Shown here: in pieces, positions 11,759 to 21,824 of the stretch
How the letters are laid out: each line of letters starts with the position of its first letter
Numbering within the stretch: the first letter of the stretch is position 1
Source of the DNA: Patescibacteria group bacterium
Lineage (GTDB): Bacteria > Patescibacteriota > Patescibacteriia > SG8-24 > DYFX01
DNA: 64,000 nucleotides
Assembly: GCA_041659045.1 (NCBI GenBank)
Contig: JBAZZB010000001.1
Location: 70,111-134,110, forward strand
Reading direction: 5' to 3'
Notes under the pieces: model-generated
The model's input: only the letters and a program-made list of their open reading frames with translations
Database searches by the model: none
What the model was told of the DNA's origin: nothing
Made by a program: the position numbers and the translations under genes

Positions 11759-12433
11759 TCAACCTTCGAAAGCGCGGCGTGCTGCTTCAAGCTCGTCTGG
11801 CGTGCCGACCGGCATCCAAAATTTCGATTCGATGAGCCGAACAGGATTTTTGTCCAAGTGTTTGGCAAGCGTTTGCGGTAGACCAAACTCGCCGTTCGGC
11901 AAAGCTGCCGGTTCGAGGGTGAAGAAACGTGCGTCGAGAACGCAGGCGCCGACATACACCTCATGCGCGGCGAGACCTGCAACGTCCTTATTTGGAATGA
12001 TACGTGCCAAAAAATTGCCGTTGCCTTCGAGATGGCTGTACGGGTTCGGTGTTGGGACTCGATGCGCCAGCATGGCAAAGGGCGCGGCAGAAGCTAATTT
12101 CTCCAAATCGTCTTTTGCGTACAGGTCGTCGCCGTTGAGCGCCAAGAACGCTTCGTCGCCCAAAAAAGGTTGGGCGCGCAGGAGGGCATCGTAGGTGCCG
12201 CGGAGGTCATTCTGCTCTACGCAGCGAACGCGCGTATCGTTTTCAAAACGTGCGCGGATCGAATGATTCAAGTGGCCGACGACGATAATGATGTCTGAAA
12301 TCGCGTCCGGAAGCGCTTCGATGGTGCGTTGAAGAATCGGCTTGCCGCCGACCTCGATCATCGGTTTCGGAATCGTGTCGGTCAGTGGCCGAAGGCGAGT
12401 ACCAAGGCCCGCCGCAAAGATGACGGCTTTCAT
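11759..12433 (-). CDS. sugar-phosphate nucleotidyltransferase family protein
   Basis: MKAVIFAAGLGTRLRPLT..PKPM, LNGDD. Confidence 0.9.
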   Translation of the reverse strand: MKAVIFAAGLGTRLRPLTDTIPKPMIEVGGKPILQRTIEALPDAISDIIIVVGHLNHSIRARFENDTRVRCVEQNDLRGTYDALLRAQPFLGDEAFLALNGDDLYAKDDLEKLASAAPFAMLAHRVPTPNPYSHLEGNGNFLARIIPNKDVAGLAAHEVYVGACVLDARFFTLEPAALPNGEFGLPQTLAKHLDKNPVRLIESKFWMPVGTPDELEAARRAFEG

Positions 12434-12461
12434 AGTGCATTTTCATTCAAACTTTCCACAA

Positions 12462-12573
12462 GGGTACGACGAGGGGCTTGCGAAGCGAGGACTGTCTGAG
12501 GCAGGCGAGCAAGTATGCGAGCCGGTCGCGAAGCGAGCCGAGTTCCGCAGCGAGCAAGAGCCTCGACGTGCCC
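12462..12573. repeat. structured intergenic element with imperfect terminal inverted repeats (REP/MITE-like)
   Basis: GGGTACGACGAGGGGCTTGC matches the reverse complement of GCAAGAGCCTCGACGTGCCC at 16/20 positions. GCGAAGCGAG occurs twice internally. Confidence 0.55.
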
Positions 12574-12578
12574 GACCC

Positions 12579-13667
12579 TCATTCCTCGTCGGAATCGCCA
12601 CCCGTACCGAATGTGCCCGCGCGGTCGGCTTCGTGAAGGGAGCGCATGATCTCGTCCAAGCCGCCTGCGAGAATCGCCGGCATGCCGTGCCAGGATTTCT
12701 TGATGCGATGATCCGTCACGCGATCTTGCGGGAAGTTGTAGGTGCGGATCTTTTCGGAGCGTCCGCCTTCGCCGATCTGGCCCTGGCGAAGGTCGGTGCG
12801 TGCCTTGCGGCGTTTTTCTTCTTCAATGGCAAACAAACGCGAGCGCAGCACGGCCATGGCTTTCTCGCGGTTCTGAATCTGACTGCGTTCGTCCTGGCAA
12901 CCGACGATCATGCCGGTCGGCAGGTACGTGATGCGTACGGCCGAATAGGTCGTTTGCACGCCTTGTCCGCCATGACCTCCGGCCAAGAACGTATCGATGC
13001 GGATATCCTTGGGATCGATTTTGATGTCGATGTCTTCCGCTTCAGGCATAGCGGCAACAGTCACGGTCGAGGTGTGCACGCGTCCCGCCTTTTCTGTTTC
13101 CGGCACGCGCTGCACGCGGTGGACGCCGGACTCGTATTTCATCTGGCGGTAGACATTCTTGCCCTGCAAACTGAAGATGGCTTCTTTCATGCCTCCGAGA
13201 TCGTTCAAGCTCTGCGAGATCGCGGCAACCTTCCAACCTTGCTTCTCGGCGTAACGCACGTACATGCGGAAAAGTTCTGCGGCGAAGAGCGCGGCTTCGT
13301 CGCCACCAACGCCCGCGCGGATTTCGATGATCGTGTTTTTCTTGTCGAGCGGATCGGGTTCGACCAAAGCGTCTTCGAGTGCCAAGCGCGCCGTTTCGAA
13401 CTCAGCGCCGACGCGCACGGCTTCGGCCTCGGCCATGGCTTTGAGTTCGGGGTCAGTTTCGCTCTTTAACATCGTGTCCGTGTCGGCAGCTTCTTTCTCA
13501 AGTGCCTCGTAGCGTTCGGCGATATCGAGGATCTCGCGCAGCTCGCTGTACTCCTGGTTGAGCGCGCGCATTTTTTGGTTGTCAGAAATCACCTCCGGTT
13601 GCGACAGAAGCGTTTCGATTTCTTGAAAGCGCGCGCGCTTGTTTTTGATTTCGACCGGGACATTCAT
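12579..13667 (-). CDS. prfA: peptide chain release factor 1
   Basis: [25 protein letters not shown] (PxT), [18 protein letters not shown]. Confidence 0.97.
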   Translation of the reverse strand: MNVPVEIKNKRARFQEIETLLSQPEVISDNQKMRALNQEYSELREILDIAERYEALEKEAADTDTMLKSETDPELKAMAEAEAVRVGAEFETARLALEDALVEPDPLDKKNTIIEIRAGVGGDEAALFAAELFRMYVRYAEKQGWKVAAISQSLNDLGGMKEAIFSLQGKNVYRQMKYESGVHRVQRVPETEKAGRVHTSTVTVAAMPEAEDIDIKIDPKDIRIDTFLAGGHGGQGVQTTYSAVRITYLPTGMIVGCQDERSQIQNREKAMAVLRSRLFAIEEEKRRKARTDLRQGQIGEGGRSEKIRTYNFPQDRVTDHRIKKSWHGMPAILAGGLDEIMRSLHEADRAGTFGTGGDSDEE

Positions 13668-13727
13668 ATGGAAGAGTATAGCGCAGATAGCCAAAACCCC
13701 CCGACGCTGTCGGGGGGTTTAGCGAAG

Positions 13728-14012
13728 CTACTTCGAGGCTTTGGCGGCTTTCTGGGCAACGCGCTTGATCGTGCGTGCCTTTTTTCCGGTGGCCTTGGCG
13801 GCCGTGCTCGGCTTCTTGGAGGTGCGCTCCTGGAACTTTTCGACGCGGCGGGAGGCGTCGACCAGCTTCTGCTTACCCGTGTAGAACGGGTGGCAGGCGG
13901 AACACAGTTCGACGTGGAGATCCTTAATGGTGGCTCCGGTCGAGAAGGTGTTGCCGCAGGCGCACACAACCTTGGCGTCAGAATAATATGTCGGGTGGGT
14001 GTCGGCTTTCAT
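13728..14012 (-). CDS. rpmE: 50S ribosomal protein L31 (Zn-binding type)
   Basis: [28 protein letters not shown]. Confidence 0.95.
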   Translation of the reverse strand: MKADTHPTYYSDAKVVCACGNTFSTGATIKDLHVELCSACHPFYTGKQKLVDASRRVEKFQERTSKKPSTAAKATGKKARTIKRVAQKAAKASK

Positions 14013-14168
14013 ATATTGACTACGGCGAGGACTATAGCAGGGGCGCGTGGAGTTGGCAAGGGGTGAAGAAAGAAGCTTGACAAGTCGGGCTTTTTGCGGT
14101 AGGAAAAGGCCGCCGGTAACAATGCCGGTTACGCTTCTTGAAACGAACAAAGAAAGATCGAGGTCACA

Positions 14169-16196
14169 ATGCAGTGGATCACTCCACAGATGCTGGCTCT
14201 GTACGCGGGGGTTGCCTTCTTGGCACTCCTGATCCTGCCATCCATTCGGGTCATCGGACCTACGGAGGTTGGTCTCGTGACCAAACGCTTCGGCTTCAAG
14301 GAGCTGCCTGACGAGAATCCCATCGCCTTCAAGGGCGAGGCGGGGTTCCAGTCGGATCTGCTCCTGGCCGGATGGCACTTCAAGCTCTGGATCGTCTACG
14401 GCGTCCAGAAGTTCCCCTGGGTACAGGTGCCGGCGGGACAGATCGGTGTCGTCGTCGCCCAGCTCGGGCAGGCGCTGCCACCCGGCGCGAAGTCCGCGGC
14501 CTACAAGCAGGCGTTCGGCAACTTCACCGATCCTGCGGCGTTCGTGCAGCATGGCGGCCAGAAAGGCGCCCAGCGCCATCTGCTCATGCCCGGCACGTCG
14601 CTGCCGATCCATCCCGCGGCCTTCATGGTCATCACGAAGGAACGCGTCTACGGACTTCCGATCTCGCCGGAGCTCGAGCGCAAGGCCGGCAAGAACGGCC
14701 TGCGTCCTGAGGTCTTCGGCCTCGAGGCCACGCAGCTCGATCTCGTCCAGATCGGACCGGTGAAGGACAAGGAAGGCAAAGACACCGACATGATCGGTAT
14801 CGTGACCGCCCTCGAAGGCGATCCGCTGCCGCCGACCGACATCGCTTGCCGCCTCGGCGGCTTCACCGATCTCGGCACGATGATGCAGGGCGCCGACTGC
14901 AAGGACAGCGACCTCAGCGAGGCGTTGCTCGGCAGCCAGAACAAGCAGCACAACAACTACCAGAACTTCCAGGCGTTCCTCGACGCCGGCGGCAAGATCG
15001 GCGTCCAGCACGACCCACTCCTCTCCGGAGCGTACGCGCTGAACCCGTTCCTCGTCCGCGTCGAGCGCGTGCCGATGCTGGTCGTGAACCAGGGCGAGGT
15101 CGCGGTCGTGAAGGCCTTCGTCGGCCTGATGACCGAGGACGTCTCCGGCGCCGGGTACAAGCACGGCTCGCTCGTGCGCCCCGGCCGCCGCGGCATCTGG
15201 GAGGAGCCCCTCCGCACCGGCAAGTACGCGCTCAACCCGCGCTGCTACCAGGTCGAGATCGTGCCGACGGCGATCCTCACGCTCAACTGGGCGGAGGCCG
15301 TCTCCAAGGCGCACAACTTCGACTCGGGGCTGAGCCAGATCGACGCCAAGAGCCGTGAGGGCTTCGAGTTCGCCATCGACCTGCAGGTCCAGATCCACGT
15401 GCCTGACACCAACGCCTCGCGCGTGATCGCCGCGGTCGGGACGATGCACAACCTGGTCAACGAGGTCCTGCAGGCGGCGGTGGGCAACCACTTCCGCGAC
15501 AAGCTGCAGGGGCTCCCGGCCATCAAGTTCATCGAGACCCGCCAGGAGATCCAGGTCGAGGCGTTCGCCCACATCAAGCAGGAGCTGGCCAAGTATGATG
15601 TCGAGACACGCGGCGTCTACATCCAGGACGTCGTCCAGCCCAAGGCGCTGATCGACGTGCTCACGGAGCGCGAGATCGCGAACCAGAAGATCGCGACCTA
15701 CAAGAAGGAGCAGGAGGCCGAGGAGACGCGCGTCGCGATGGAGCAGGCGAAGGGCAAGGCCGACATGCAGGCCAAGCTCGCGCAGTCCACGGTGCAGGTC
15801 GACATCGAGACCAACAACGCCAACGCCCTCAGGGCCAAGGCGGGCGGCGAGTCGAACTACATCGAGACGGTCGGCGCCGCCGAGGCCGCCAAGATCAAGG
15901 CGCGCGGTCTCGCGGAGGCCGCCGGCTACCAGGCGCAGAAGGATGCGATCGGCCCGCAGGCGACCGCCATCGTCAACGCCATCCAGGCCATCGCCGACGG
16001 CAAGGTCAACATCATGCCCGAGGTGCTCGTGGTCGGCGGCGGAGGCGGCGCGTTCGAAGCGCTCGCCAGCGTCGTCACCCAGGCGGCTCGCTCCGGCAAC
16101 GTGCCCGGCCTCGGCAAGGCCCAGCCCGTCGCTTCGGCAGCGCCGCTCGAGAGCGGCAGCAACGGCAAGTCGCAGAGCGGCACACTCAACGGCTAG
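14169..16196 (+). CDS. SPFH/band 7 (flotillin-like) membrane protein
   Basis: N-terminal TM, repeated IGVV/EVAVV beta units, [17 protein letters not shown], Ala/Glu coiled coil, [10 protein letters not shown] tail. TTGACA at 14077. Confidence 0.85.
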   Translation: MQWITPQMLALYAGVAFLALLILPSIRVIGPTEVGLVTKRFGFKELPDENPIAFKGEAGFQSDLLLAGWHFKLWIVYGVQKFPWVQVPAGQIGVVVAQLGQALPPGAKSAAYKQAFGNFTDPAAFVQHGGQKGAQRHLLMPGTSLPIHPAAFMVITKERVYGLPISPELERKAGKNGLRPEVFGLEATQLDLVQIGPVKDKEGKDTDMIGIVTALEGDPLPPTDIACRLGGFTDLGTMMQGADCKDSDLSEALLGSQNKQHNNYQNFQAFLDAGGKIGVQHDPLLSGAYALNPFLVRVERVPMLVVNQGEVAVVKAFVGLMTEDVSGAGYKHGSLVRPGRRGIWEEPLRTGKYALNPRCYQVEIVPTAILTLNWAEAVSKAHNFDSGLSQIDAKSREGFEFAIDLQVQIHVPDTNASRVIAAVGTMHNLVNEVLQAAVGNHFRDKLQGLPAIKFIETRQEIQVEAFAHIKQELAKYDVETRGVYIQDVVQPKALIDVLTEREIANQKIATYKKEQEAEETRVAMEQAKGKADMQAKLAQSTVQVDIETNNANALRAKAGGESNYIETVGAAEAAKIKARGLAEAAGYQAQKDAIGPQATAIVNAIQAIADGKVNIMPEVLVVGGGGGAFEALASVVTQAARSGNVPGLGKAQPVASAAPLESGSNGKSQSGTLNG

Positions 16197-16276
16197 TACG
16201 ATCAGCTCAACCAGACCAAACCTTCGCGGTTTGGTCTTTTCTTTTTGCGTGCTATGGTCGAGGTAAGGAGGCATCC

Positions 16277-16648
16277 ATGCCGTACCAACTCAGCGTCCTC
16301 TTGGTCATCTTCTTGGCCTGCTCAGGTCCTAACTCCACGGGCCTGTCCACGACAACCTCGGAGCATGGCGAATCGATCGTTCAGTGCCTGACACGCAAGG
16401 AGGTGCGCCTCTACGGTGCGTCGTGGTGCAATTTCTGCCAGGAACAGCTCCTTCTTTTTGGCGACGATGTGGCCGGTCTTCCCTATACGGACTGCGATCC
16501 AAAGGGGGAGCTGGACTTCAGAGAAACTTGTACGGAGCAAGGCGTGCCGTACGGAACGATTATCCCCGTATGGATTTTCAAAGACGGTTCGCGTCTCTAC
16601 GGCGTGCGCCATCCAGACGTGATCGCCGTCGTCGCAGACTGTCCCTAG
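16277..16648 (+). CDS. thioredoxin/glutaredoxin-like exported (lipo)protein
   Basis: Signal ending [13 protein letters not shown] active site, GGAGG RBS. Confidence 0.75.
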   Translation: MPYQLSVLLVIFLACSGPNSTGLSTTTSEHGESIVQCLTRKEVRLYGASWCNFCQEQLLLFGDDVAGLPYTDCDPKGELDFRETCTEQGVPYGTIIPVWIFKDGSRLYGVRHPDVIAVVADCP

Positions 16649-16718
16649 TATCGACTAGGGATTTTTCTTTTCTGCAAAAATAATACGCCCGCCATCAGAG
16701 TGACAGCGGGCGAGCGTC

Positions 16719-17798
16719 TCATCCGTAGTCGCGGACGAGCTTGTACCAGTTCGGTTCCTTTCGTCCGGAGTGGAGGATGAAGATCGCTCCGCGCAGATGC
16801 CCGGGCACCTCCTGCTCCACCCAGGCGGCGAATGCCTTGCGGGATTCGCAACCCTTGGCGCGCTCCAGGTGAGAGAGCGTCTCGAGACGCAAGACTTCGA
16901 CCTTGGTGTCGATCTCCGCGACGATGCGATCCGCATCGATGCGAACCTCTTCGGTCACTTCGGCGACGAGCTTCAGGTACTTCTCCTTGCCGCCCGAGAC
17001 GAGTGCCTCCACGATGTTGGGCGTGGAGATGTCCCAGACGTTTCGACTCAGGGCGCAGTAGGCCTGACCCTTGAGCTTCACGCGCAGACCGTTGGCGAAC
17101 AGGAGGACGAATCCTTCCTGATCGGCCGGCAGCGCCTTGGCGGTGGCGAAGGCCTCCTCGAACGAGGAGAACTCGTACACCTTGGGCAGCCGCGCGCCGA
17201 TCGCCTTCGCGATCTCGACGACTTCGTTCCACGGCAACTCCTCGCCGGTGACCCGGTGACGAAGTCCGAGGAGCACGAGCCCTTCGTAGTCGTAGGTGAT
17301 GACCGAGAGAGCGAACCCTCCGGCCGTCTCGTGCTGCTTCGGGTACACGATCTCGAAGATCGGGGTGTAGCCTTCGGGCAGCGCCTCGAGTCGGAGCCGA
17401 TGCAGCATCTCGGTACCACGAAGCGCTTGCTTCGTATCGAAGCTACCGCGCGTCGCGATCCGTGCTTCGCCGTGCTCGTCGCGATACATCGTGCCGAGCG
17501 TGCCGTCGACCTTCTCGAACGCCTTGAAGGGCAGATCGGGGAGATCGGCGAACTGCGTCGACGACGGGTGGTTGCCGACGTTCGAGAACTTGTCGAAGGG
17601 GCGAGAAGCGATCGACCAGTCACGCGTGTCGATGATCAGGCCGCGACTGACGCGCAGGACGTCATCCCACGTACTCGTGGTCTCGCACTTCTCGGTGTAG
17701 TTGAACAGAACCAGTGGGCCCTGCTTCTTCACCGTGATCAGGTTCTCGTAGCGGGGGAAGAGCGTACCGTCTCGGTACAGCTCGATCACCTTGAGCAT
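16719..17798 (-). CDS. T4 Rnl1-like RNA ligase
   Basis: LFNY..SRGLI..RPFDKF, motif I EKVDGTLG, ATRGSF, PIFEIV, EGFVL, RVKLK. Confidence 0.88.
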   Translation of the reverse strand: MLKVIELYRDGTLFPRYENLITVKKQGPLVLFNYTEKCETTSTWDDVLRVSRGLIIDTRDWSIASRPFDKFSNVGNHPSSTQFADLPDLPFKAFEKVDGTLGTMYRDEHGEARIATRGSFDTKQALRGTEMLHRLRLEALPEGYTPIFEIVYPKQHETAGGFALSVITYDYEGLVLLGLRHRVTGEELPWNEVVEIAKAIGARLPKVYEFSSFEEAFATAKALPADQEGFVLLFANGLRVKLKGQAYCALSRNVWDISTPNIVEALVSGGKEKYLKLVAEVTEEVRIDADRIVAEIDTKVEVLRLETLSHLERAKGCESRKAFAAWVEQEVPGHLRGAIFILHSGRKEPNWYKLVRDYG

Positions 17799-17882
17799 GA
17801 GGGCCTCCAGCGGGTTGGGGGGGTACAGAAGCGGTGTCGATCGGAATGAGCGACCAGCTAAGGTACCCGATTTTAAGGCTTT

Positions 17883-17926
17883 TGTCAATATTCCCGCTTG
17901 ACAGCCTCGAGGATCCTCCCTATACT
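17883..17926. promoter_or_regulatory. back-to-back promoters (RNA ligase on -, rpsB on +)
   Basis: Minus-strand TTGACA at 17888-17883. Plus-strand TTGACA 17898-17903, 17 nt spacer, TATACT 17921-17926. Confidence 0.75.
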
Positions 17927-18031
17927 TCGCCCATTATTAACCTCACATTCCCGACAACACTCCTGGGCGCTTCCATCCTCTGGATACGGAAGTCCCGGCC
18001 GGGAAGGTGATAAAAGGAGTATTCATCTCTT

Positions 18032-18793
18032 ATGTACGAGATTCCCGATCTTCTTGAGTTTCTCAAGACGGGCGCCCACTTCGGCCACCAGGTCTCGAAG
18101 TGGCACCCGAAAATGAAGCCGTTTATCTTCGGTTCGCGCAACGGCATTCACATCATCGACTTGGAGCAGACCGTCGTGAAGTTGAAAGAAGCGCTCGACA
18201 CCGCGCGCGACATGACCGCCAAGGGCGGCGTGATCGTCTTCCTCGGCACCAAGCGCCAAGCTGCGCCGATCGTTGAGAAGTACGCCAAGGCCTGCGGTGC
18301 TCCGTACATCACGACCCGCTGGCTCGGAGGCACGTTCACGAACTTCCCGGAACTCTCGAAGCTCATCAAAAAGCTCAACGAGTACCGCATGAAGCGCGAC
18401 ACGGGCGGCTTCGACAAGTACACGAAGAAGGAACGCGTTGTCATTGATCGCGAGATTGAAGACATGGAGCGCAAGGTCGGCGGCATCGCGCCTCTCACCA
18501 AGCTTCCGGAAGCGATCTTCGTGATCGACGCCAAGCACGAGAAAACGGCCGTTGAAGAATCGCGCGCCAAGAAGATCCCGATCTTCGGCCTGATCGACTC
18601 GAACATCAACCCGGAAGACATCACCTACGGCATTCCGGCCAACGACGACGCTGTGAAGTCCATCGAACTCTTCACACGTCTCTTCTCCGAAGCTGTGGCC
18701 GAAGGTCGCAAGATCTACGAGAAGAACGCGGCTGCCAAGAAGGTTGAAGCTGCGAAGGTGTCCGAAGAGCCGACTCGCGTCATCACCGCGTAA
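18032..18793 (+). CDS. rpsB: 30S ribosomal protein S2
   Basis: GAHFGHQ..KWHPKM, IHIIDL, RWLGGTFTN, IPANDDA. Confidence 0.98.
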   Translation: MYEIPDLLEFLKTGAHFGHQVSKWHPKMKPFIFGSRNGIHIIDLEQTVVKLKEALDTARDMTAKGGVIVFLGTKRQAAPIVEKYAKACGAPYITTRWLGGTFTNFPELSKLIKKLNEYRMKRDTGGFDKYTKKERVVIDREIEDMERKVGGIAPLTKLPEAIFVIDAKHEKTAVEESRAKKIPIFGLIDSNINPEDITYGIPANDDAVKSIELFTRLFSEAVAEGRKIYEKNAAAKKVEAAKVSEEPTRVITA

Positions 18794-18818
18794 CCATTCG
18801 TCACTTATTTTCGTTCCT

Positions 18819-19427
18819 ATGATCGACGCCAAAATCGTCTCTCAACTTCGCACCATGACGGGTGCCGGTATCGTCGAGTGCAAGAAGGCACTCGAAGAAG
18901 CGAACGGTGATCTCGCCGCCGCGGCCGAACTGCTTCGTAAGAAGGGGATCGCCAAGGCCGGATCGAAAGCCGAGCGCAACACGTCTGAAGGTCTCATCTA
19001 CGCCTACGTACACGGCAACGGTAAAGTTGGCGCGATGGTCGAGATTCTCTGCGAAACGGATTTCGTCGCCCGCACCGAAGGTTTCAAGGAGCTGTGCCAT
19101 GAGCTCGGTCTCCAGATCGCGGCCATGAACCCGCTCTACGTGTCGAAAGACCAGATCCCGGCGGAAGTTGTCGAAAAGGAGAAGTCGATCTACGCCGAAG
19201 AGTTCGCGGGATCGAGCAAGCCGGCCGACGTCGTCGGAAAAATCCTCGAGGGCAAGCTCTCGAAGTGGTATTCCGAGGTCTGCCTCTTGAACCAGGCGTA
19301 CATCAAAGACGAAGACAAAACCGTCGAAGATATCGTGAAGGAAACGATCTCCAAGTGCGGAGAAAACATCCAGGTCAAGCGCTTCACGCGTTTCGCCATG
19401 GAAGGCTCTACCCAGGTCCCCGGCTAG
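18819..19427 (+). CDS. tsf: elongation factor Ts (short form)
   Basis: LRTMTGAGIVECKKAL, CETDFVA. Follows rpsB. Confidence 0.97.
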   Translation: MIDAKIVSQLRTMTGAGIVECKKALEEANGDLAAAAELLRKKGIAKAGSKAERNTSEGLIYAYVHGNGKVGAMVEILCETDFVARTEGFKELCHELGLQIAAMNPLYVSKDQIPAEVVEKEKSIYAEEFAGSSKPADVVGKILEGKLSKWYSEVCLLNQAYIKDEDKTVEDIVKETISKCGENIQVKRFTRFAMEGSTQVPG

Positions 19428-19493
19428 TCGTCAGAAAAACCGCCCACAGGCGGTTTTTCTTTTTCATGCTATTTTTATAGGACGGAGGACGTC

Positions 19494-20153
19494 ATGCGAA
19501 CGCACTTTTGGTATCTCGTGCTTCTCTTTACGCTCGCAGCTTGCGCCGCCCGTCCCGCACGGGTGCGAAGCGCGAAGCCGAGCCCGCATGACACACCGCG
19601 CACGCTTCCGATCTGGATCGAGGACGATCCGCGGATGCCAAAGGAAGCTGTGATGCGCGGTTGTCAGAAGTGGAAAGCGAAGAACATCACCTGCATCGAA
19701 GTTCTCGCGCCTGAGGACTCCAAGATCCAGATCTACGCGGATGACGGCATTTGTGTTGAACGGGACGAAAAAGGAGCGGTGACGCGCAGGACTCTGGCGT
19801 GGGCCTTCTATGGAGGCCGCGTGACGATGATGGCGAACTGTCTGACGAAGACGCTCGACGGCGCGTTTGATCCGCACCAACTCAGCGCGGTCGTGACCCA
19901 CGAAGTCGGGCATCAGCTCGGTATCTGGGATCACGTGCCCGGTTCCTGCACGGAAGAGGGGATCGCGATCCATGAAGAAACGGGTCGCGGGATCTGTGGA
20001 GTGGCCGTCATGAACAAGTATTACAACCCGCGCGTCAGTATTGTTACGGTCGTCGATGCCATGGCTTTCGACGAACGCAATCCCGAGTTTTCCCTCGCGA
20101 TCAGTGACATGAAAGACATTCCGATCTGCACCTACCACGAATCCGCGCCCTGA
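19494..20153 (+). CDS. metzincin-type Zn metalloprotease, putative lipoprotein
   Basis: Lipobox LAAC, HEVGHQLGIWDH, Met-turn AVMN, GGAGG RBS. Confidence 0.8.
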   Translation: MRTHFWYLVLLFTLAACAARPARVRSAKPSPHDTPRTLPIWIEDDPRMPKEAVMRGCQKWKAKNITCIEVLAPEDSKIQIYADDGICVERDEKGAVTRRTLAWAFYGGRVTMMANCLTKTLDGAFDPHQLSAVVTHEVGHQLGIWDHVPGSCTEEGIAIHEETGRGICGVAVMNKYYNPRVSIVTVVDAMAFDERNPEFSLAISDMKDIPICTYHESAP

Positions 20154-20232
20154 GCGCGGATCTTTTTATCTGGACATGCAGATGTTTTTATGTACTTCAC
20201 GCGACGCGCCCCACCTCTTATACTGTCAGTGT

Positions 20233-20817
20233 ATGTCTCTGTGGAGGGTGAAACATGCGTTATCTCCGTCTGTTGAAGCCACGCTGATTAGTGTTGTCGT
20301 GGCCTACGGTCTTTTTGTCGTTTGGTACGCGTCGCTTTCACCGCTTGTCGTTCCCGTCACCGCGATCCTGACCACTGTGCCGCAGGCCGTGACGCTCGAT
20401 ACGGATGATTGGATGCGTCGCGATGATCCGGTTCGCGGATTCGCGTTCGCGCTGCCGCCGCACTGGCTCGTTGATGATGCTGATCCTTCGCGCGTGCGAC
20501 TGGGTCGCTCTGCGAAAGAATTAGCCACGGCTTCCGCGGCGAATGAGGGGATCTTGATGGAAACGCTTTCGCTCGGCGAGCGCGAAGAAATCGCGAATCT
20601 CGTCGCCGAAGATTTTGCCGACGCGCGCCCTGCCCTATACGACGTCTACGTGGACGGACGTCACTCGATCTTCGCGATCACGTTCGAACACTACAGCGTT
20701 CGACGCCAAGCGATTTACATACCCATGGGTAAGGAGGCCCTCGTCGTTCGCGCTGCTTCAACCGATCCCGCCGTGTTTGCGACTCTCGTCTCTACCATTA
20801 AATTCTACAAGCCATGA
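20233..20817 (+). CDS. membrane-anchored hypothetical protein
   Basis: N-terminal TM and GFAFALPPHW. TATACT lies 8 nt before the ATG. The stop overlaps the gap start. Confidence 0.7.
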   Translation: MSLWRVKHALSPSVEATLISVVVAYGLFVVWYASLSPLVVPVTAILTTVPQAVTLDTDDWMRRDDPVRGFAFALPPHWLVDDADPSRVRLGRSAKELATASAANEGILMETLSLGEREEIANLVAEDFADARPALYDVYVDGRHSIFAITFEHYSVRRQAIYIPMGKEALVVRAASTDPAVFATLVSTIKFYKP

Positions 20818-21824
20818 TCCGCGTTGCCATTAACGGTTTCGGTCGCATCGGTCGCAACACCTTCAAAGCCGCTTTCGGACGTTTGAAAAATTTGGAATTC
20901 GTCGCGGTCAACGATCTGACCGACACAAAAACGCTCGCGCATCTTTTGAAGCACGACACCAACTACGGCGCGTACGAGAAGGAAGTGACGTACGACGAAA
21001 AAAATCTCTACATCGACGGAAAGAAGCTCATCGTCACCGCCGAAAAGGATCCGACGAAACTTCCGTGGAAGGATCTCAAAATCGATGTCGTCATCGAGTC
21101 GACCGGACGCTTCACGGATGAGAAGGGCGCGGGTCAACATCTCACCGCCGGCGCCAAGCGCGTCGTGCTTTCGGCGCCCGCCAAAGGCGGCGAAATTCCA
21201 ACGTACGTTCTCGGCGTGAACGGCCAGGACTACAAGGGAAAGTCGAACATCATCAACAACGCTTCGTGCACCACCAACTGCATCGCGCCCGTGGCGGCCG
21301 TCATGCATTCCAAGTTCGGCGTGAAGAAGGCACTCATGACCACGATTCACAGCTACACCGCCGACCAGGTGCTTCAGGACGGCCCGCACAAGGATCTCCG
21401 CCGCGCCCGCGCCGCCGCCTGCAACATGGTGCCGACCTCGACCGGTGCGGCTATTGCCGTCACCGAAACGATCCCCGAACTCAAAGGCCTCTTCGACGGC
21501 CTCTCGGTGCGCGTGCCGACCTCCGTCGTTTCGATGTCGGATTTCACGTTCGTGCTCGGTCGCAAAACAACGGTTGAAGAAGTGAACAAGGCGATCAAAG
21601 CCGCCTGCGCCACCAAGCGCTTCGAAGGCATCATGACGTGGACCGAAGAGGAGCTCGTTTCCTCCGACTTCATTAAAAACTCTTACTCCTCGATCGTTGA
21701 TCTCAATCTGACGCAGGTTGTGGGCGGTGACCTCGTGAAGGTCGTGGCTTGGTACGACAATGAGTGGGGATATTCCTGCCGCCTCGGCGAGATGGTTGAA
21801 CGCGTCGGCAACTCCATCAAGTAA
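20814..21824 (+). CDS. gap: type I glyceraldehyde-3-phosphate dehydrogenase
   Basis: INGFGRIGR, NASCTTNC, WYDNEWGY. Confidence 0.98.
   Translation: MIRVAINGFGRIGRNTFKAAFGRLKNLEFVAVNDLTDTKTLAHLLKHDTNYGAYEKEVTYDEKNLYIDGKKLIVTAEKDPTKLPWKDLKIDVVIESTGRFTDEKGAGQHLTAGAKRVVLSAPAKGGEIPTYVLGVNGQDYKGKSNIINNASCTTNCIAPVAAVMHSKFGVKKALMTTIHSYTADQVLQDGPHKDLRRARAAACNMVPTSTGAAIAVTETIPELKGLFDGLSVRVPTSVVSMSDFTFVLGRKTTVEEVNKAIKAACATKRFEGIMTWTEEELVSSDFIKNSYSSIVDLNLTQVVGGDLVKVVAWYDNEWGYSCRLGEMVERVGNSIK

Noticed and set aside
13728-16274. 848-aa minus-strand ORF ending in the L31 sequence
   Set aside because: It is the antisense shadow of the high-GC3 SPFH gene running in frame into rpmE. Only 14012-13728 is a real gene.
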